64,000 bases of DNA from the human T2T-CHM13v2.0 reference genome, Homo sapiens, in the NCBI RefSeq assembly GCF_009914755.1, contig NC_060929.1. One strand, 5' to 3'. Made by a program: the position numbers and the translations under genes. The notes beneath the pieces were generated by a model. The model saw only the letters and a list, made by a program, of their open reading frames with translations. It had not been told where the DNA came from and did no database searches. This document shows, one piece after another, positions 14,800 to 28,100 of the stretch (within the stretch, counting starts at the first letter, position 1; every line of letters starts with the position of its first letter).

Positions 14800-15680
14800 A
14801 GTTGAGTGGAGGGAGGATAAATTGGGGAGGTAGTTACTTTTGATATTGTGGTCAAAGAATGCCTCTCTGAAAAAAAAAAAAAAAAAAAAGAGGGCCTCTC
14901 TCTTATGGTGACATTTGAGCAGAAAGCTGAAGGGAGATAGGGCATGAGACATGATGATATCAATGGGAACAGCATTCCAGAGAAGAGGCCCAGCAAAATG
15001 TATGTGTGAGAGAAGGTGGGTGGAGAAAGGATGTTTAGGACAGAAGCTTACAAGTCACAGAAGGAACAAAAGTGCCCCTACAGCTGAGCGAATAAGGAGA
15101 GCTTTACAGACAATAAAATTGAAGGGACAGCAGGATTTCAGAGTCTTGCAACCCATAAATTTAATCTTCATGATATCTAAATCACATAAGGATTTGTGGC
15201 AGAAGAGGATCACGACATAACTTAAATGTTAAATGATAGCTCTGGCTGCTACATAAAACATAGACATTACAAGATAAGAAAGGAGGAAGAGAAAATAATG
15301 AGGAGATTGAAATATCCTGGTCAACAAAAGGCAAGGAGAGACAACTGGAAATAAATTAATAGAAGTGGAGGAGTGAGGGATGAATTTAAGGCTTTGCCTT
15401 GAACAACAGATTAGTGCTGTCATTTACTAATGAGAGACACATGAGATGTTCAGGTTGTGTGTGGGAGTAGAAAGTCAAGGTTTTGATTTTGAATGTTAAG
15501 ATCGATCAATATGCCCTATTTAACATCCAAGTGGAAATAATAACTCAAATATGCATTTAACATCCAAGTGGAAATATCAAACATGCATTTGGATAATGGA
15601 GTCTAGAATTTACAGCAGATTTTTAATACTGAGATTTATCAGTATATTACATAGTTATTAAAAATATGGAAGTGGTTGAA
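14800..15680 (-). mobile_element. L2 fragment
   Basis: gtggtcaaagaatgcctctctg...ggtgacatttgagcaga...gggaacagcattccag...catccaagtggaaat. Confidence 0.7.
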
Positions 15681-16032
15681 ATTTTACATTAAATAAAAAA
15701 CAATAATGCAATTTCAGTATCAATGGAGAGCAACAAAATGCAAATGTTAAAATTGAAGTTTGAGCTTATAAAATTTGATATTCAGCTAATATGCTGGGGA
15801 AAAAGGCACAGACATGGACAGCATTCAGTGCTATTAAGTGGGTAATAGGATGGACAATTCTTAGTATAAAAAGAGAAATTATAATAAATCTTTAAGTATT
15901 ATTAATGGTGAGAGCAAAATACATTCAATTCTTTTTCAAATTAATTTAGAAAATACATCAAAGTTTTTAAAATTATGTACAGTATTTGATTAACTCAAAT
16001 TCTAGAAAGTTTCTTAAGAAATTAGTCATATG

Positions 16033-16961
16033 CAACCTAGGCAATACCATCCTGGACATAGGAAGGGCAAAGATTTCATGACAAGGGCACCAAAAGAAAC
16101 TGCAATGCAAGCAAAGAACATGAACTGACACTTCTCAAAAGAAGACATACATGCGGCCAACAGCATATGAAAAAAAGCTCAGTATCACTGATCATTAGAA
16201 AAATACAAATCAAAACCACAATAAGACCCCATCTCACAACAGTCAGAATGGCCATTATTAAAAAGTCAAAAAGTAACAGATGCTGACGAGGTCGTGGAGA
16301 AAAGCAAACACATGCACTGATGGTGGGGGTGTAAACTAGTTCAACTACTGTGGAAAGCAGGATAGCAATGCCTCAAAGAACTAAAAGCAGAATTACCATT
16401 CGACCCAGCAATCCCATTACTGGGTATATATCCAGAGGAATATAAATCATTCTACCACAAAGACACATGTATGTGTATGTTCATTGCAGCACTGTTCAGA
16501 AAAGCAAAGACATAGAACCAACTTAAATGTCCATCAATGACAGACTGGATAAAAAAAAATTGTGGTACATAGATACCATGGAATACTGTGCAGCCATAAG
16601 AAGGAATGCAGTCATATCTTTTGCTTGAACATGGATGGAGCTGGAGGCTATTATCCTACGCAAGCTGATGCAGGAATAGAAAACCAAATATCACATGTTG
16701 TCACTTATAAGTAGGAGCTAAATGATGAGAACTCAATGAAGACCAAGAAGGAAACGACAGACAATAGGAGCTACTTGGAGGTGGAGGCTGGAAGGAGGGA
16801 GTGGAGTAGAAAAGATAACTGTTGGGTACTGGGCTTAATACCTGGGTGACTACCTAATCTGTACAGCAAACCTCTGTGATACAAATGCACCTTTGTAACA
16901 AACCTTCACAAGTACCCTCGAACCTATAATAAAAGTTTTTTTAAAAATAAAAAATAAAATA
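16033..16961 (+). mobile_element. 5'-truncated older primate L1 (L1PA12/13-like) with an internal deletion
   Basis: ORF2 end plus 3' UTR (agaaaagataactgttgggtactgggcttaatacctgggtga). Exact 14-bp TSD AAATTAGTCATATG at 16019-16032 and 16962-16975. Confidence 0.92.
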
Positions 16962-17049
16962 AAATTAGTCATATGAAAGAGAGGTTTAGATAAACACATT
17001 TATCAAATCATCATTTATTATTAGATTTACCAGAAATTATGTTTACTGT

Positions 17050-17492
17050 ATGATTCATTTTCAGGTCTTCTTCATTTTCCTCAGTGCTACAAAAGGTAAA
17101 CTCAGAACTGTATACCTGGGCTCACTAGTTCATTAGTCCTGGGTTGGGTTTAGCCAGTGTGAAGCACAGGCAGGAGATCAAGGGTAGGAGGAGAGGAGTT
17201 CTATTCTCCTCTATGCAGCACCACTAAGAGTTGGCTGCTTTACAGTGAGCCACAGCTTCTTTCAGATGGTGCTCTGCTAAGATAACAGGATGCTCTCTCT
17301 GGAGTAATATCTGCTCCCAACCGGTGTTTCTTCAGGGCCAGGATGTGTAAGAGGCTCATTCTGTTGAGAATTCCTGCTTTAGTAGCATCCCTAGTCAGCT
17401 CCCTTAACTGTACCCACATCCTCTGTTAAGTCCTTCCCAATGATTGCATTTGAGTACATCATCTGGTTCCTGAAAATACCTTGACAGAATTA
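17050..17492 (+). mobile_element. Old ERVL solo LTR (LTR33-like)
   Basis: gggtttagccagtg...ggcaggagatc...ggaggagag and terminal tttgagtacatcatctggttcctg...ccttgacagaat. Confidence 0.55.
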
Positions 17493-18239
17493 GGGAAAGG
17501 TGAATAGATCATGCTGCTCCCATGGAATAAAGTATCATATCATGAAGTCATCAAAAAATCTATGTATTGTTGTCACCCTTTCATCAAATAAATATGAAGT
17601 GTCTACTGATTTTCTAGGCATTTTTCTTGGTGGACAGAACAGCAGACTCCTTGAGGAGTTTTCACTCTAGAAACATAGTCTACATACATAACCAGAGAGT
17701 TTGTGACACATCCCTGGATAGAATACTGCCCCTAGAAGTCATTTATTGAATAATATTTAATCTACTGAGAAAATGAAAGAAAAACTTTGATTTATATAGC
17801 AAGTTTTTAATCAGCAGAGAAAGCTATAAATGAATTTTCAGCCTATGGTTTCATGTCAGCTTCCAGCTTCAGAAATGAACATCAGAGTTTGTCAGATGCA
17901 AGCTAATGAGTGTCTTACATGAGCCAGCCTACACAAAGTACTTTTCATTTGAGAAAAAGCACACAGTGTTAAAAATTGTCTATATTTAAAACTGTATTTG
18001 ATTTGACAGAGCTTCTGTCTTAAGTTAGCTGGAGAAAGCAATAGTTCAGCCCAAACTGTTAGCCAGTTTATGTCTGTGGGTAGGGAGGGGAGGATGGCAA
18101 TGGGTAGGTGGATGGGGAGGATGTGCATGGCAATATTGAGAAGAGAAATGGGAATTAAACAGCTATATAAGGGCAAATTATAAAATGTATGCAAATTTAT
18201 AATAACTTATTATAAAAGTAGAGATACCCATGATACATA

Positions 18240-18715
18240 ATATAGTAATCAATTATTCAAGAGTTTATTATGAATTTTTAAGAAAAATCTCAACTTTTCT
18301 CCTTCAATGAAACTTTTTGTCAGCCTGGTGACAGAATTATATTTTTAAAGCACAAATAAATATATAAAATATGGACTATTACATAGGAAACAAATTCTAT
18401 TAAAATAGACCTATGAAATACTTTTTAAAACAGTTATGGTAAAATAATATTTGTGTATCTTAATTAATTCAATAAATAACAAAATCAAGCAGCAGGTCTA
18501 ATCATTGCCAAAATTTCAAACAAGTAATACACATACAAGGTATTTAGTATAATATTTGTTTTCTACTGATGATAAATTCATGGATATTTCTCATACTGCT
18601 GTGAATTGATACCCATAGTCATAATTGAGGAGGACACTAAATTTCAATTAGATATTAGGATGAATATTAATTTTTTTTCAGGTTAAATTTATGGGCTCCA
18701 TGTTAAACAGACTTA
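18240..18715. mobile_element. hAT-Charlie-type DNA transposon remnant
   Basis: aaatcaagcagcaggtctaat...cataattgaggaggacactaaatttcaattag...aatttatgggctcc resembles Charlie-family sequence. Confidence 0.45.
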
Positions 18716-18972
18716 GAACAACTTTCAAAAAAAAAGACACTTACATTTGGATAACTGTGTAATTTTACATAGACGTTATACATGTGGAACAGAAAAACTG
18801 AATGAACAGTAAACCTGGAATGAGGAGATACGGATTAATATTCTGAGCTTGTCACTATTTTAATGAGTTTACTGGAATTTATTAACTAGGTTTTATTTTT
18901 ATTATATCTAGCATGGGAATCATGAGCTGACCTTACAAGGAGATAAGTTGACTAAATAAAACTATGTGTATA

Positions 18973-19259
18973 AACCGGGCGGGGTGGCTCACGCCTGTAA
19001 TCCCAGCATTTTGGGAGGCGGGTGGATCACTTGAGGCCTGAAGTTTGAGACCAGCCTGGCCAACATGATGAAACCCCATCTCCACTAAAAATACAAAAAT
19101 CAGCTGAGTGTGGTGGCGGGTGCCTGTAATACCAGCTACTTGAGAGGCTAAGTCATGATAATCACTTGAACAGGTGAGGCACTGATTACAGTGAGCTGAC
19201 ATTGCACCACTGCACTCCAGCCTGGGCAACGGAGTGAGACCCTCTTTCAAAAAAAAAAA
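18973..19259 (+). mobile_element. Alu (older AluSz/J-like)
   Basis: Dimeric Alu with poly(A). TSD aaaactatgtgtata / aaaagtatatgtata. Confidence 0.96.
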
Positions 19260-20849
19260 GTATATGTATAGCAAGAACCTAAGAAATAAGTACATCTATA
19301 ATATAAAATTACAGTCTTTTTCTTTCAAAAATAAATTATTGATTAGGTCACAATATAATCATTTTCTATTACAGGGCAATAAAAACAATGTGCATTTACC
19401 CAGAAAACTATAAATGATATTTGAGAGGTTCCTTGTAAACTTACATTTGCCATTTTAAAGACATAAGCACATTCAGTTTATAGTAAGTGTTAATGTGATT
19501 GCATGGTAGATGCTGCAGTGCTCCCTGCAGATCTCATTTACCAAGCCAGTCCACAAATATTATGAACTGGACTATGACAGCTCATTGTTTGTAATACCAC
19601 TATAATTATTTGTTCTACCTCTGCCAAGGCAAGGAAAAATAACTTTGCAATTGAAGTTCAATCTTATAACATCTCCACCCAGAATTGACACTCATGGATT
19701 CCAGTAAATTTTCATGAACCAAATAAGGTTACTTTGTCTAACTTCAAAGGCATTAGTGAAGAACCATCTTACCACTCACTTAGAAGATAGAAATATTTGG
19801 TAAATAACATGATGATCATGGTGACTCACCCCAAGGTTACCAAATATGAGAATGATTCTTTCTCCCGCAGAAAAATACTCAAGAAAGGCAGCTCACAAGC
19901 CATATCCAGGATTGTTATCAAGTTCAAATTGAAGGATTTGATAATTTATACATTGATCCAGTTTGTGTTTGGGTTGGAGGATCGGGGATAGTGAGAGAAT
20001 GAGGAGGAAAAATAACAAGTTGTAGTTTCTACATCAAGTTTAGAGGAAGCATCACAAGACAAAGAAACCTATGCATTAAAAGATATTGTATCTGCTCTCC
20101 CACATGCGATAAACAGTGGTGACACAGAGGTAGTGTAAACACAATAAATGATTTACCTCTAAAAGGAGAAGAAAGAGAAACACATGGCAGCCAATGGAAT
20201 TTTGTCCTGTTGCCAGCCCCCCTAATCTGGGAGTTGAGAATTAGGCAGAAAAAGTATTCAATTTTTCTGCTAAGAGGGGCTCCCCTATCTACTATTCTGT
20301 GGGTCCATTCACCTTCTGGAATACTTTCATTTTCATTAACCTCATTGGCCAGCACCAAAGAAGGCAATGGATACTATATATACACTCCTTGAGAGTCATA
20401 CAGGTTTCTTAGCCAGCTCATTGGCTATGGAAATTGATGGCCCTGAGGTTATTTCAGCCTCAACAAGACTCAGACTTCCTTTGTCTGGCCTGGTGGTTTC
20501 TCTGGCAGGATAACTCTCTTAAAAACGAAATGCCTTATCTATTTGACTCCAGTCAGTTTCATGTGTCAAGAGATATGCCACAGAAATAGCATCTTTTTAA
20601 GCATACTTCTTAGAATTTCTATAGTTGTTTTCTTACTCTGGCTCCATAGACTTTGCTGTGTCTATTAAATTATGGGTCCCTTGGCCTTATTGAGCTTTGT
20701 TAGGTGAGACACAGCTTTAACGTGAGGCATTTTGTCCAATTAAAAGGATTTACTGGGAACTGAACCCTTGGCGGAGTCCTTAATCTTCCTTATATAATCA
20801 TTCAGAAGTTTAAAAATAGATGAACAGCCATTCACTTGATATGAGATCT

Positions 20850-21092
20850 ATCCTGTTAACAAATTGTTAAATGCACAGTATATTATTGTTAACTATAAGG
20901 ACAATATTATACTGCAGCTCTCTAGAATTTTGTTTTTCATTTGAAATAACTGAAACATTACACTCTTTGAACAGCACTTATATCAATGTTTCCCTCCCCT
21001 CAGTCACTGGTAACCCCCATTCTACTTTGTGCTGTTATTAGTTTACTTTAGATCCTCACGTAAGTGGAATGATGATGTATTTGTCTTTGTAA
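20850..21092 (-). mobile_element. L1MA/MB 3' end fragment
   Basis: tattgttaactata...ctctagaa...aactgaaac...ggtaacccccattctact...tttagatcctcacgtaagtggaat. Confidence 0.7.
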
Positions 21093-21965
21093 CAAATGAT
21101 ATTAGCCAGTTACACACAAAGGTGTATCCTTATTTCTATCTTTCATCAAGGAGTGTCAGAGATATTTGTATCTTTCCTGTACCCCAGCAATCCCTCATGT
21201 GTGCCTCATCTCCATTACTTTACATCTTGCCAATAATTTGTCAAAAGACTTTCTAAACTTATCCCTTTCTTACAGTACTTTGAAAATACAGCCATAGTGA
21301 CAAGCACACCCTAGGAATATTCTGTTTTCCCACATTTTGCCCGAAAATCCTACATTGAGTGCAGGATCTGCCTTCCAAGTTATCACAAGTGACAGTTTTA
21401 CCAAATGTTACACCTTCGAGAAAAATTCATCTTCATCTTTTTAGACTCTAATGAGGCTTTCTTCACTGCTGGATGGCCAGGCCTTAAGCCAATGCTGCAA
21501 ATTTCATACATACTTTTAAGACAGCATTTCATTTCTGGTAGATATATGTGCACCAGTTGCAGTGGCATGAGTTATTTTGTGGAAACAGACAAATCTCAAA
21601 ACCACAATGTCTTTAAAAGCAAATGTTTATTCTTGTTTATGCTATATGACCACTGTGGTTTTCCAGGGAGGCTGATAACACTTTATCAACAGGAATCTAA
21701 GGAATGGAAAGTTCCATCACCATGTTCCCATAATTGTCAAGAAAAGAGAGGGAACCTGGAAAATCTTATGGCCCTTAAGCTTTCCACAGGTGAGACACAT
21801 TCACTTGCATTCACATTTCAATGGGCATAAAGAATTCCACGATTATTTCTAAAGTTAGAGGTGGGGGAGAAGTGCAATCAAGACTATTATCTCTCTAAGT
21901 GAGGGAAAGCCAGAAATATTTGGTCAACAGTTCTGATGATTATTTTGCTGGAATATGAACATGTT

Positions 21966-22393
21966 ATTTATAGGTTGAACTGTGTCTCACCAAAAGATAT
22001 ATTTAAGTCCCAACCCCTGGAACCTAGGAATCTGACCTTACGTGGAAACAGAACAGTTGACGATGTAATCAGGTTAAGACGAAGTCTTTCTGAATTAGAA
22101 TGGACCATAACTCAATATTACTGGGGTTCTTAAAAGAAGAGCAGAAGAGACACAGACAGCAGGCACAGAGGGAAGATGACCATGTGAAGAAGGAGACAGA
22201 GATTGCACAAGAAACCACAACACCGGAAGCTAGAAAAGACAAAGAAAGATGCTACAATCTTTGGAGGGACTATGGCCCTATCAACACCTTGCTTTCAGAT
22301 TTAGGCCTCCAGAACTGAGAGAGAACACATTTCTGCTGTTTTAAGCCACCTAGTTTGTCATGCATTGCTATGGCAGCCTTAGGAAACTTATAG
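21966..22393 (+). mobile_element. MLT1B/C-type solo LTR
   Basis: ggttgaactgtgtc...caaaagatat...gtcccaaccc...gaccttac...ggcctccagaactgagagagaacacatttctgctgttttaagccacctagttt...gcagccttaggaaact. Confidence 0.85.
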
Positions 22394-22569
22394 TGTTAAA
22401 GTTAATTTTTATTATTCATGTATAATATTTCCTTAACTATCACAGATAAAGGTAAGAGATTTTTCAGCTATGCTTTAGCAGCATTGAGTCCATATTACAA
22501 AGAACAGAGAGTTAATATGAATAGTTTTTAAGTTCTACTTGTAAATATTTGCAAATGTTCTAGAAAGCT

Positions 22570-22700
22570 GTGCTACTTAGTAGTTGTGTAACTTTTGGCA
22601 AGGCACCAATCTCTCTCTCTGCCTCTGTTTCTTATTTTTTTCCCTAATTTGTAAAATAAGATTTGTTATAATAATAATAAAACTCATGACATTGGTGCAA
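22570..22700 (+). mobile_element. MIR fragment
   Basis: ctacttagtagttgtgtaacttttggcaag...ctctgcctctgtttc...tgtaaaat. Confidence 0.55.
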
Positions 22701-22803
22701 ATTCTCTTAGAAAGTCTAGAAAAAATGCTCTATTAAATGACATATCACTCTCTCTTTTCTACACTATGATTCCAAAACAGAATAGGGACTTTTCAAATCT
22801 ATA

Positions 22804-23092
22804 TACAATCTTGCCTCAATATCCACAGGGACTAGGATCCACTATACCCTTAGATAACCAAACTTGCAGATGTTCAGTTTCCTTACATAAAATGGTACAT
22901 TTTCAGCATACAACCTATGCACTTCTCCCACATACTTAAAATTATCTCTAGATTACTTAAAATATGTAATTCTACTTAAATGCTGTATAAAAAGCTGTTG
23001 TACTCCGTTGTTTTTATTTGTGTTATTATTGTTACTGTATTATTATTATTTTTTAATATTTTCAATCTACCATTGGCTGAATCTGTAGATGG
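22804..23092. mobile_element. MER2 (Tigger) DNA transposon
   Basis: cctcaatatccacaggga...ataaaatgg...gcatacaacctatgcac...tctctagattactta...ttggctgaatctgtagatg. Confidence 0.8.
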
Positions 23093-23819
23093 CAATTATG
23101 AATATTTCATTAGGATTTTATCTAAATAATCTATTATTATACTTGAAACAAATTTTAAAAATCTCTTTTCTTCAGTCTATATGTATGAAAACACCAGCAG
23201 AATTCCGTTAATATTCTGGGGCTGTACTGTAAAATAAATGTTATCAGCTCAATAATAAAAATTTCTTGGCACCAATGCCAATTTAAATGTTACTATAGCA
23301 ATCACCATGGTAATGCTTTCAATTAGTCTCCAGCATAACATGAGTCTAATGTACCATTTGGCAACATCATAATGGATCTACAGATTATTTGTACAAGCCA
23401 AATAAAATCTACAAGACCCAAAAAATCAAACAAGAAACAATTAAGAAAGTATCCCTTGGTTTCAAAGTGTAAAAATGTACTCTAACTTAACTTCAAAAAT
23501 ATTTTCGTGTAAAAACACATTAGCATGTTTTCCTTTGCCAATCACTTATTAGAACTCAGTAAAATTACAAGGAATATTTCCTTAATATCTTGATGCCAAA
23601 CACTGATATTAAAATTCTAGTGTTTATTTCAGCTGGAAAGCCCATCTGAAAATGAGCAAACTCGCATGTTGTTTGAACCATTATTATTAAAATCTGTGGG
23701 AGGGTGAGTGAAACAAGGAGATGATAATAATAGTCATTTATTAGTGTTATAACTAGCATTTATTAAGCACGGGCCAGGCCTTGTCCTAAGTGCCTCACAG
23801 TTTGCAGTGGCCATTTATT

Positions 23820-24179
23820 TGTTAAAATAATCAATCTGGAGGTCATTAGATTAAGGCAGCTCCAGGGCCCTGGGTCTCTACATGAGTAAACCTAAACCCA
23901 ACTCAATGTAAATGGTCATATCCTAGGAATACAAAACTTGAGCATACCCAGTCAAAAACTGGCACCTAAAGTTTAACTAGGAACTTTAAGGCACTTTTTT
24001 AGTTTAATTAGTCAAATATTTTCTTTTCCTGACTTCTGCAAACATTTGTAAAAGTTTTCTCCTTGCACCCAGTCAGTGAAATCCAACTGCTTGAGGTCTG
24101 GTGCTGCCTGATCCATGAATTGCTGTCTGCTAAAATAAACTCTTTAGAATTTTAATATGCCTACATTTATCTTTTAACA
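23820..24179 (+). mobile_element. Solo LTR (LTR47/LTR26-like) with TG...CA termini
   Basis: Starts tgttaaaataat and ends cttttaaca (terminal inverted TGTTAAAA/TTTTAACA). AATAAA near the 3' end, 4-bp flanks tatt/tact. Confidence 0.75.
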
Positions 24180-24707
24180 TACTCTATTCACAAACAACCC
24201 TAGGTCTCCCTCTTTCCGAACATAGGATGAGGCTTCACCAGCATCTCGCTATTATATGTGGCTATTTGGCCATTGAAGTTTGAGTGAATGTGATACGTTA
24301 TTTCTGGAAAAAGGGTTTATGAGCTTCTCCATGATCGTGCCATGGGCTTTTTCCTTTGCCATGCCAAGTAGCAACACTTCCAGGCCAGATTCCAAAATGA
24401 AGACAAGAATCCACCTCTACAGCCCTACCAACCGACCTGTGATGAATATATATTGCAAGAAAAAAATACTGTTTACATTTGTTTTAAGCTCACTGAGATT
24501 TCAAGGCTCTGTCTTACCATTTTAACTGTAGTTTTTAATTTATTACTTACACCTATTTTAAATTATGTAACAGTGTCTAAATTCACTCGAGGAAGGTCCT
24601 GTTATTCCCATTCTATATCCCATACAAAATGAAAATTCAGATCAATTAAATATATTTCCTGAGATAACACATCTATAAGGTGATAAAGAAGAAAGCAGAA
24701 ATAAGCT

Positions 24708-25196
24708 TTGAGAACTGATATCTGGCACATGCCCTGGCAACTAGGAACTAGGGTTGGTTTTCTTTGCTGAACACTAACAACTTAACAGAATATCATCATC
24801 AGCTGAGCTCATTCAACAGCTGTGATTGAACAGACAAAAGCAAGGCCACTGTACATCTCAAATATGACCAGATATCTTCCTTTCCTGGTTACTGCTTCAT
24901 TATCAATCACATCAAACTGTGTTTTTCCAGCCTCCTAAATAGAAATTAATATACAAGTACAGAATTACCCCCACTTCCTGACAGTACCCAATCAAGGATA
25001 GATCAAGCTTTTTGAAGCACTCCTTAGGTGCCCCCAGCATTTCTGAAGCTCTAATATTTCTATATTAACCCCTTCCGACCAAGTATCTGAAGAGTTCCCA
25101 TGATGGCAGTAAGCCTTGCTGCAGGAAGTTAATGCACCGAACTGTGGTTGACTATAGCTGTGTTCCTAGGGATCCTGTGAAAGCTGGACTTTGACA
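24708..25196 (+). mobile_element. Old ERV LTR (MER76/MER77-like)
   Basis: gcaaggccact...ccccacttcctgacagtacccaatc...gactatagctgtgttcct...ctttgaca. The family name is tentative. Confidence 0.45.
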
Positions 25197-28100
25197 GTGG
25201 TAGTTGAGACTTCTACTCAGGAAGTTTGTCTTTAGCACCCACAATGTAACCACTATGTTGTAATCCAAATAAAGCAGTATAAGTTTGGAAAACTAATAAG
25301 ATAATTATCGCAGGTGTTTCCTTTCTAAAAACTATCTATGATAGACAGTTTTTATTTAACATATATATACACACCAAATATGTACATCATACTTATATAC
25401 CAGATAAACATAGACATATATAAATATAGATATAGATTTATAAGGAAACATTAAGAAATACATTTTGCAGAGGGTTGAACTATGTATACTACCAGTTCAT
25501 GGATTATAATTATCACTGGTTCATACAAGAACCTTCTCTTGTTTCACTGTTTTATTTTTATCCTGATCTGCCCACTCTGAACCCCTCAATTCATCTAAGA
25601 GTTTTTCAATAAATAAGAATCTGTGAATCCAAAGTGTTTTAAATAAAAATTAATTATCCTTATCACATCCACAGAGTTTAATGTAGAAATACGATCTGGT
25701 TTTGTAGGATAAATAACGGACCAAAAGTTAAAGTGACTCAAGGTGCTCAGTCTGTGCTTTAGAAGACTGCGATGCAAGGATCACATAACCGTAAAAAACT
25801 TTCAACAATTTGAATGTTATCTTTCACTTTACACATATTTCACGTAAGTAGATTCCATTTCTAAAACACTGTAAAGTTAAAAATGGTTAAATTTTAATTA
25901 GAATTACTGCACAATTGAAGAAATTAATAGAGGCCTGACTGCAATATTCCTGTTACAAAATCACGGAATTCTACCCAAGGAGGTAGAATTATAATATAAA
26001 TAATACCCAAGGAGGGTATTATTTTATCTCTAAATGATCGTGTTCTCACTATTGATATTTATTAAGACTTTTTTTCTATAAGAGGAAATCTAAAATGTAA
26101 AAATGCATCAATGCTAATTTCTTAAAATCAGGCTTTATTGAAATTACTTTTATTTCTTGTGCATACTTCTCTGAAGAAACCTCATTTAACTCTGCCACAA
26201 AATACGGGCAGTTTACTTTTTAATTTTTTTCCTATGTATTTAGCAAAGCAACATTTGTTTGTTGTTTAAGCAGCATCATTAGTCATTAGATATATGATAT
26301 ACCAAAATATATTTATCAAAGCCAATAAAAAGTATCCTCAAATGTTTTCCTCTTAGGAAGTTGCCTGTTCCTAAATATAAATATAAATTATAAAATATAT
26401 GATATGCTTTCTTAAATATTAATAATGATTCCCAGAATTATTTGAAGCATGTTTCTGCTGCATAATATTATAACCATGCACTCTGCCAAACACTTCACAC
26501 AAAAGCTTTTGCAAATGAGAGTCACCACTTTTCAGAGCTGTCTTTTATAATAGAATTCTGCTTATTAAGTATATGAGGGTCACCTGTGTCAACAGCACTA
26601 GTCAGAACATTTACCATGTCATTATCTCCTGATAATGACAATGAAAAATTATTTTTAGTTGATGATTTTGTCATCCTAATCTAATGAGACATCATCAGTC
26701 ATCATCAGAACTGACTTAGGTAAATAGAAAGAGGATTGTACAGACAAAGACAAATTCAAACATGTACTGACATCTTACATAATTTTTATTAGTGAGATAA
26801 TCTATCCTTTAACATTCCCACATAATTTAATATGAATAATCACTACTTTTGAACAGCTGTTTTCTCCTTAACTGTAACCATCCTCAGAGATGAATAGTAT
26901 AATATCTCAATAAATCTCCAACTTGACAATACCAGCATGTGAGTATCTACTATTAATCAACTTTATCTTGGATTTTCGAGAACACTGATATAATGTCAAG
27001 TATAAGTTTTAGCCATACATTTAAAAGTCATTTTTATCATTCAGTGATAGACTAAATAGACTGTACTGGGTTGAGGAGAGATCATTGTTTGATGAAAAAG
27101 TACATTGCTCATCAGAAAATGCCACCATGTGAGCACAATTACAGGATTTATAAAAAAGTTTAATTATTGTACATATTAGAGTATGCCATAAATTCAGAAA
27201 GAGAACCCACTTTTCCAATATGCTTAAAATGCATGTGCTATACATTTCATAAGAATGTATTTTTAAGGTTTATGTATTTGTGAGCTTTGAGTTTTCCAAA
27301 TATTGCATTTCAGAATCTGAGAATTTAGTTCTGTCGATTTTGAGAGGAATTTTAGTATAATTGGCAGCATAATTTTCTCCAAAAGTTGTAGCTTTAAATC
27401 TAAAAGTAATTTAAAACCGATATGCAAATTATCCATAAAATAAATTTCTGTTATTTTTAGCCATTAAAAATGCATTTAAGAGTCAAAACTTGGGTTATAA
27501 GCTTTTTATTTGTGAGATTTTGGTGAGATTGAGAGAAAAAATAAAGAAGCACAGAGAAAGTTTAAAAGAGCACGTTGTTTCTTGATCCACTGAAATAAAG
27601 GGAGCATTTTTATTCATTCAATATTAAATCCTTATAGTTTTCTAAAGTGTTGTGTCCATATCACTTGGAGCTCTGAAATCCGGAGTGTTAACAAGTGTTG
27701 TCATTTTTAAATTATTTCTTTGTTTGCTTTTCTCCAATATCACAAGCTTCAAGTTTAATAATTGGAGAAACTCTTCAGCCCAAAACTGTTCTTTCTATTC
27801 TTCTTTCTATTCTTTCTATGTGTTCCTTCTATTCTTCTTCATTGTTTGTTTTGTTGTTGTTGCTGTTTGTCATATATATGTCAAAGTACTTTTCAAAAAA
27901 TATTATTTCATTCTTGTATTACCTTAATCATAAGAGACACACATACTCTTCAGGTACATTGAGAATGAAGGAACAAAATAGTAGAGGAAGAGATTTGAGG
28001 TGACAGAAAGACTCATTCTTATTTTTGGTATTGTCCTTTATTTTCCTAACATCAAAAATATTATTGTTTTTCCTTAATTATTTTAATGAGTGATCCTCAA

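Noticed and set aside
18933-19295. Alu-derived ORFs (also 8459, 34505, 38845)
   Set aside because: Standard antisense-Alu translations.
19500-20810. GC-elevated stretch that might be an exon or ERV internal remnant
   Set aside because: No coherent ORF or splice pair, and no family I can name with support.
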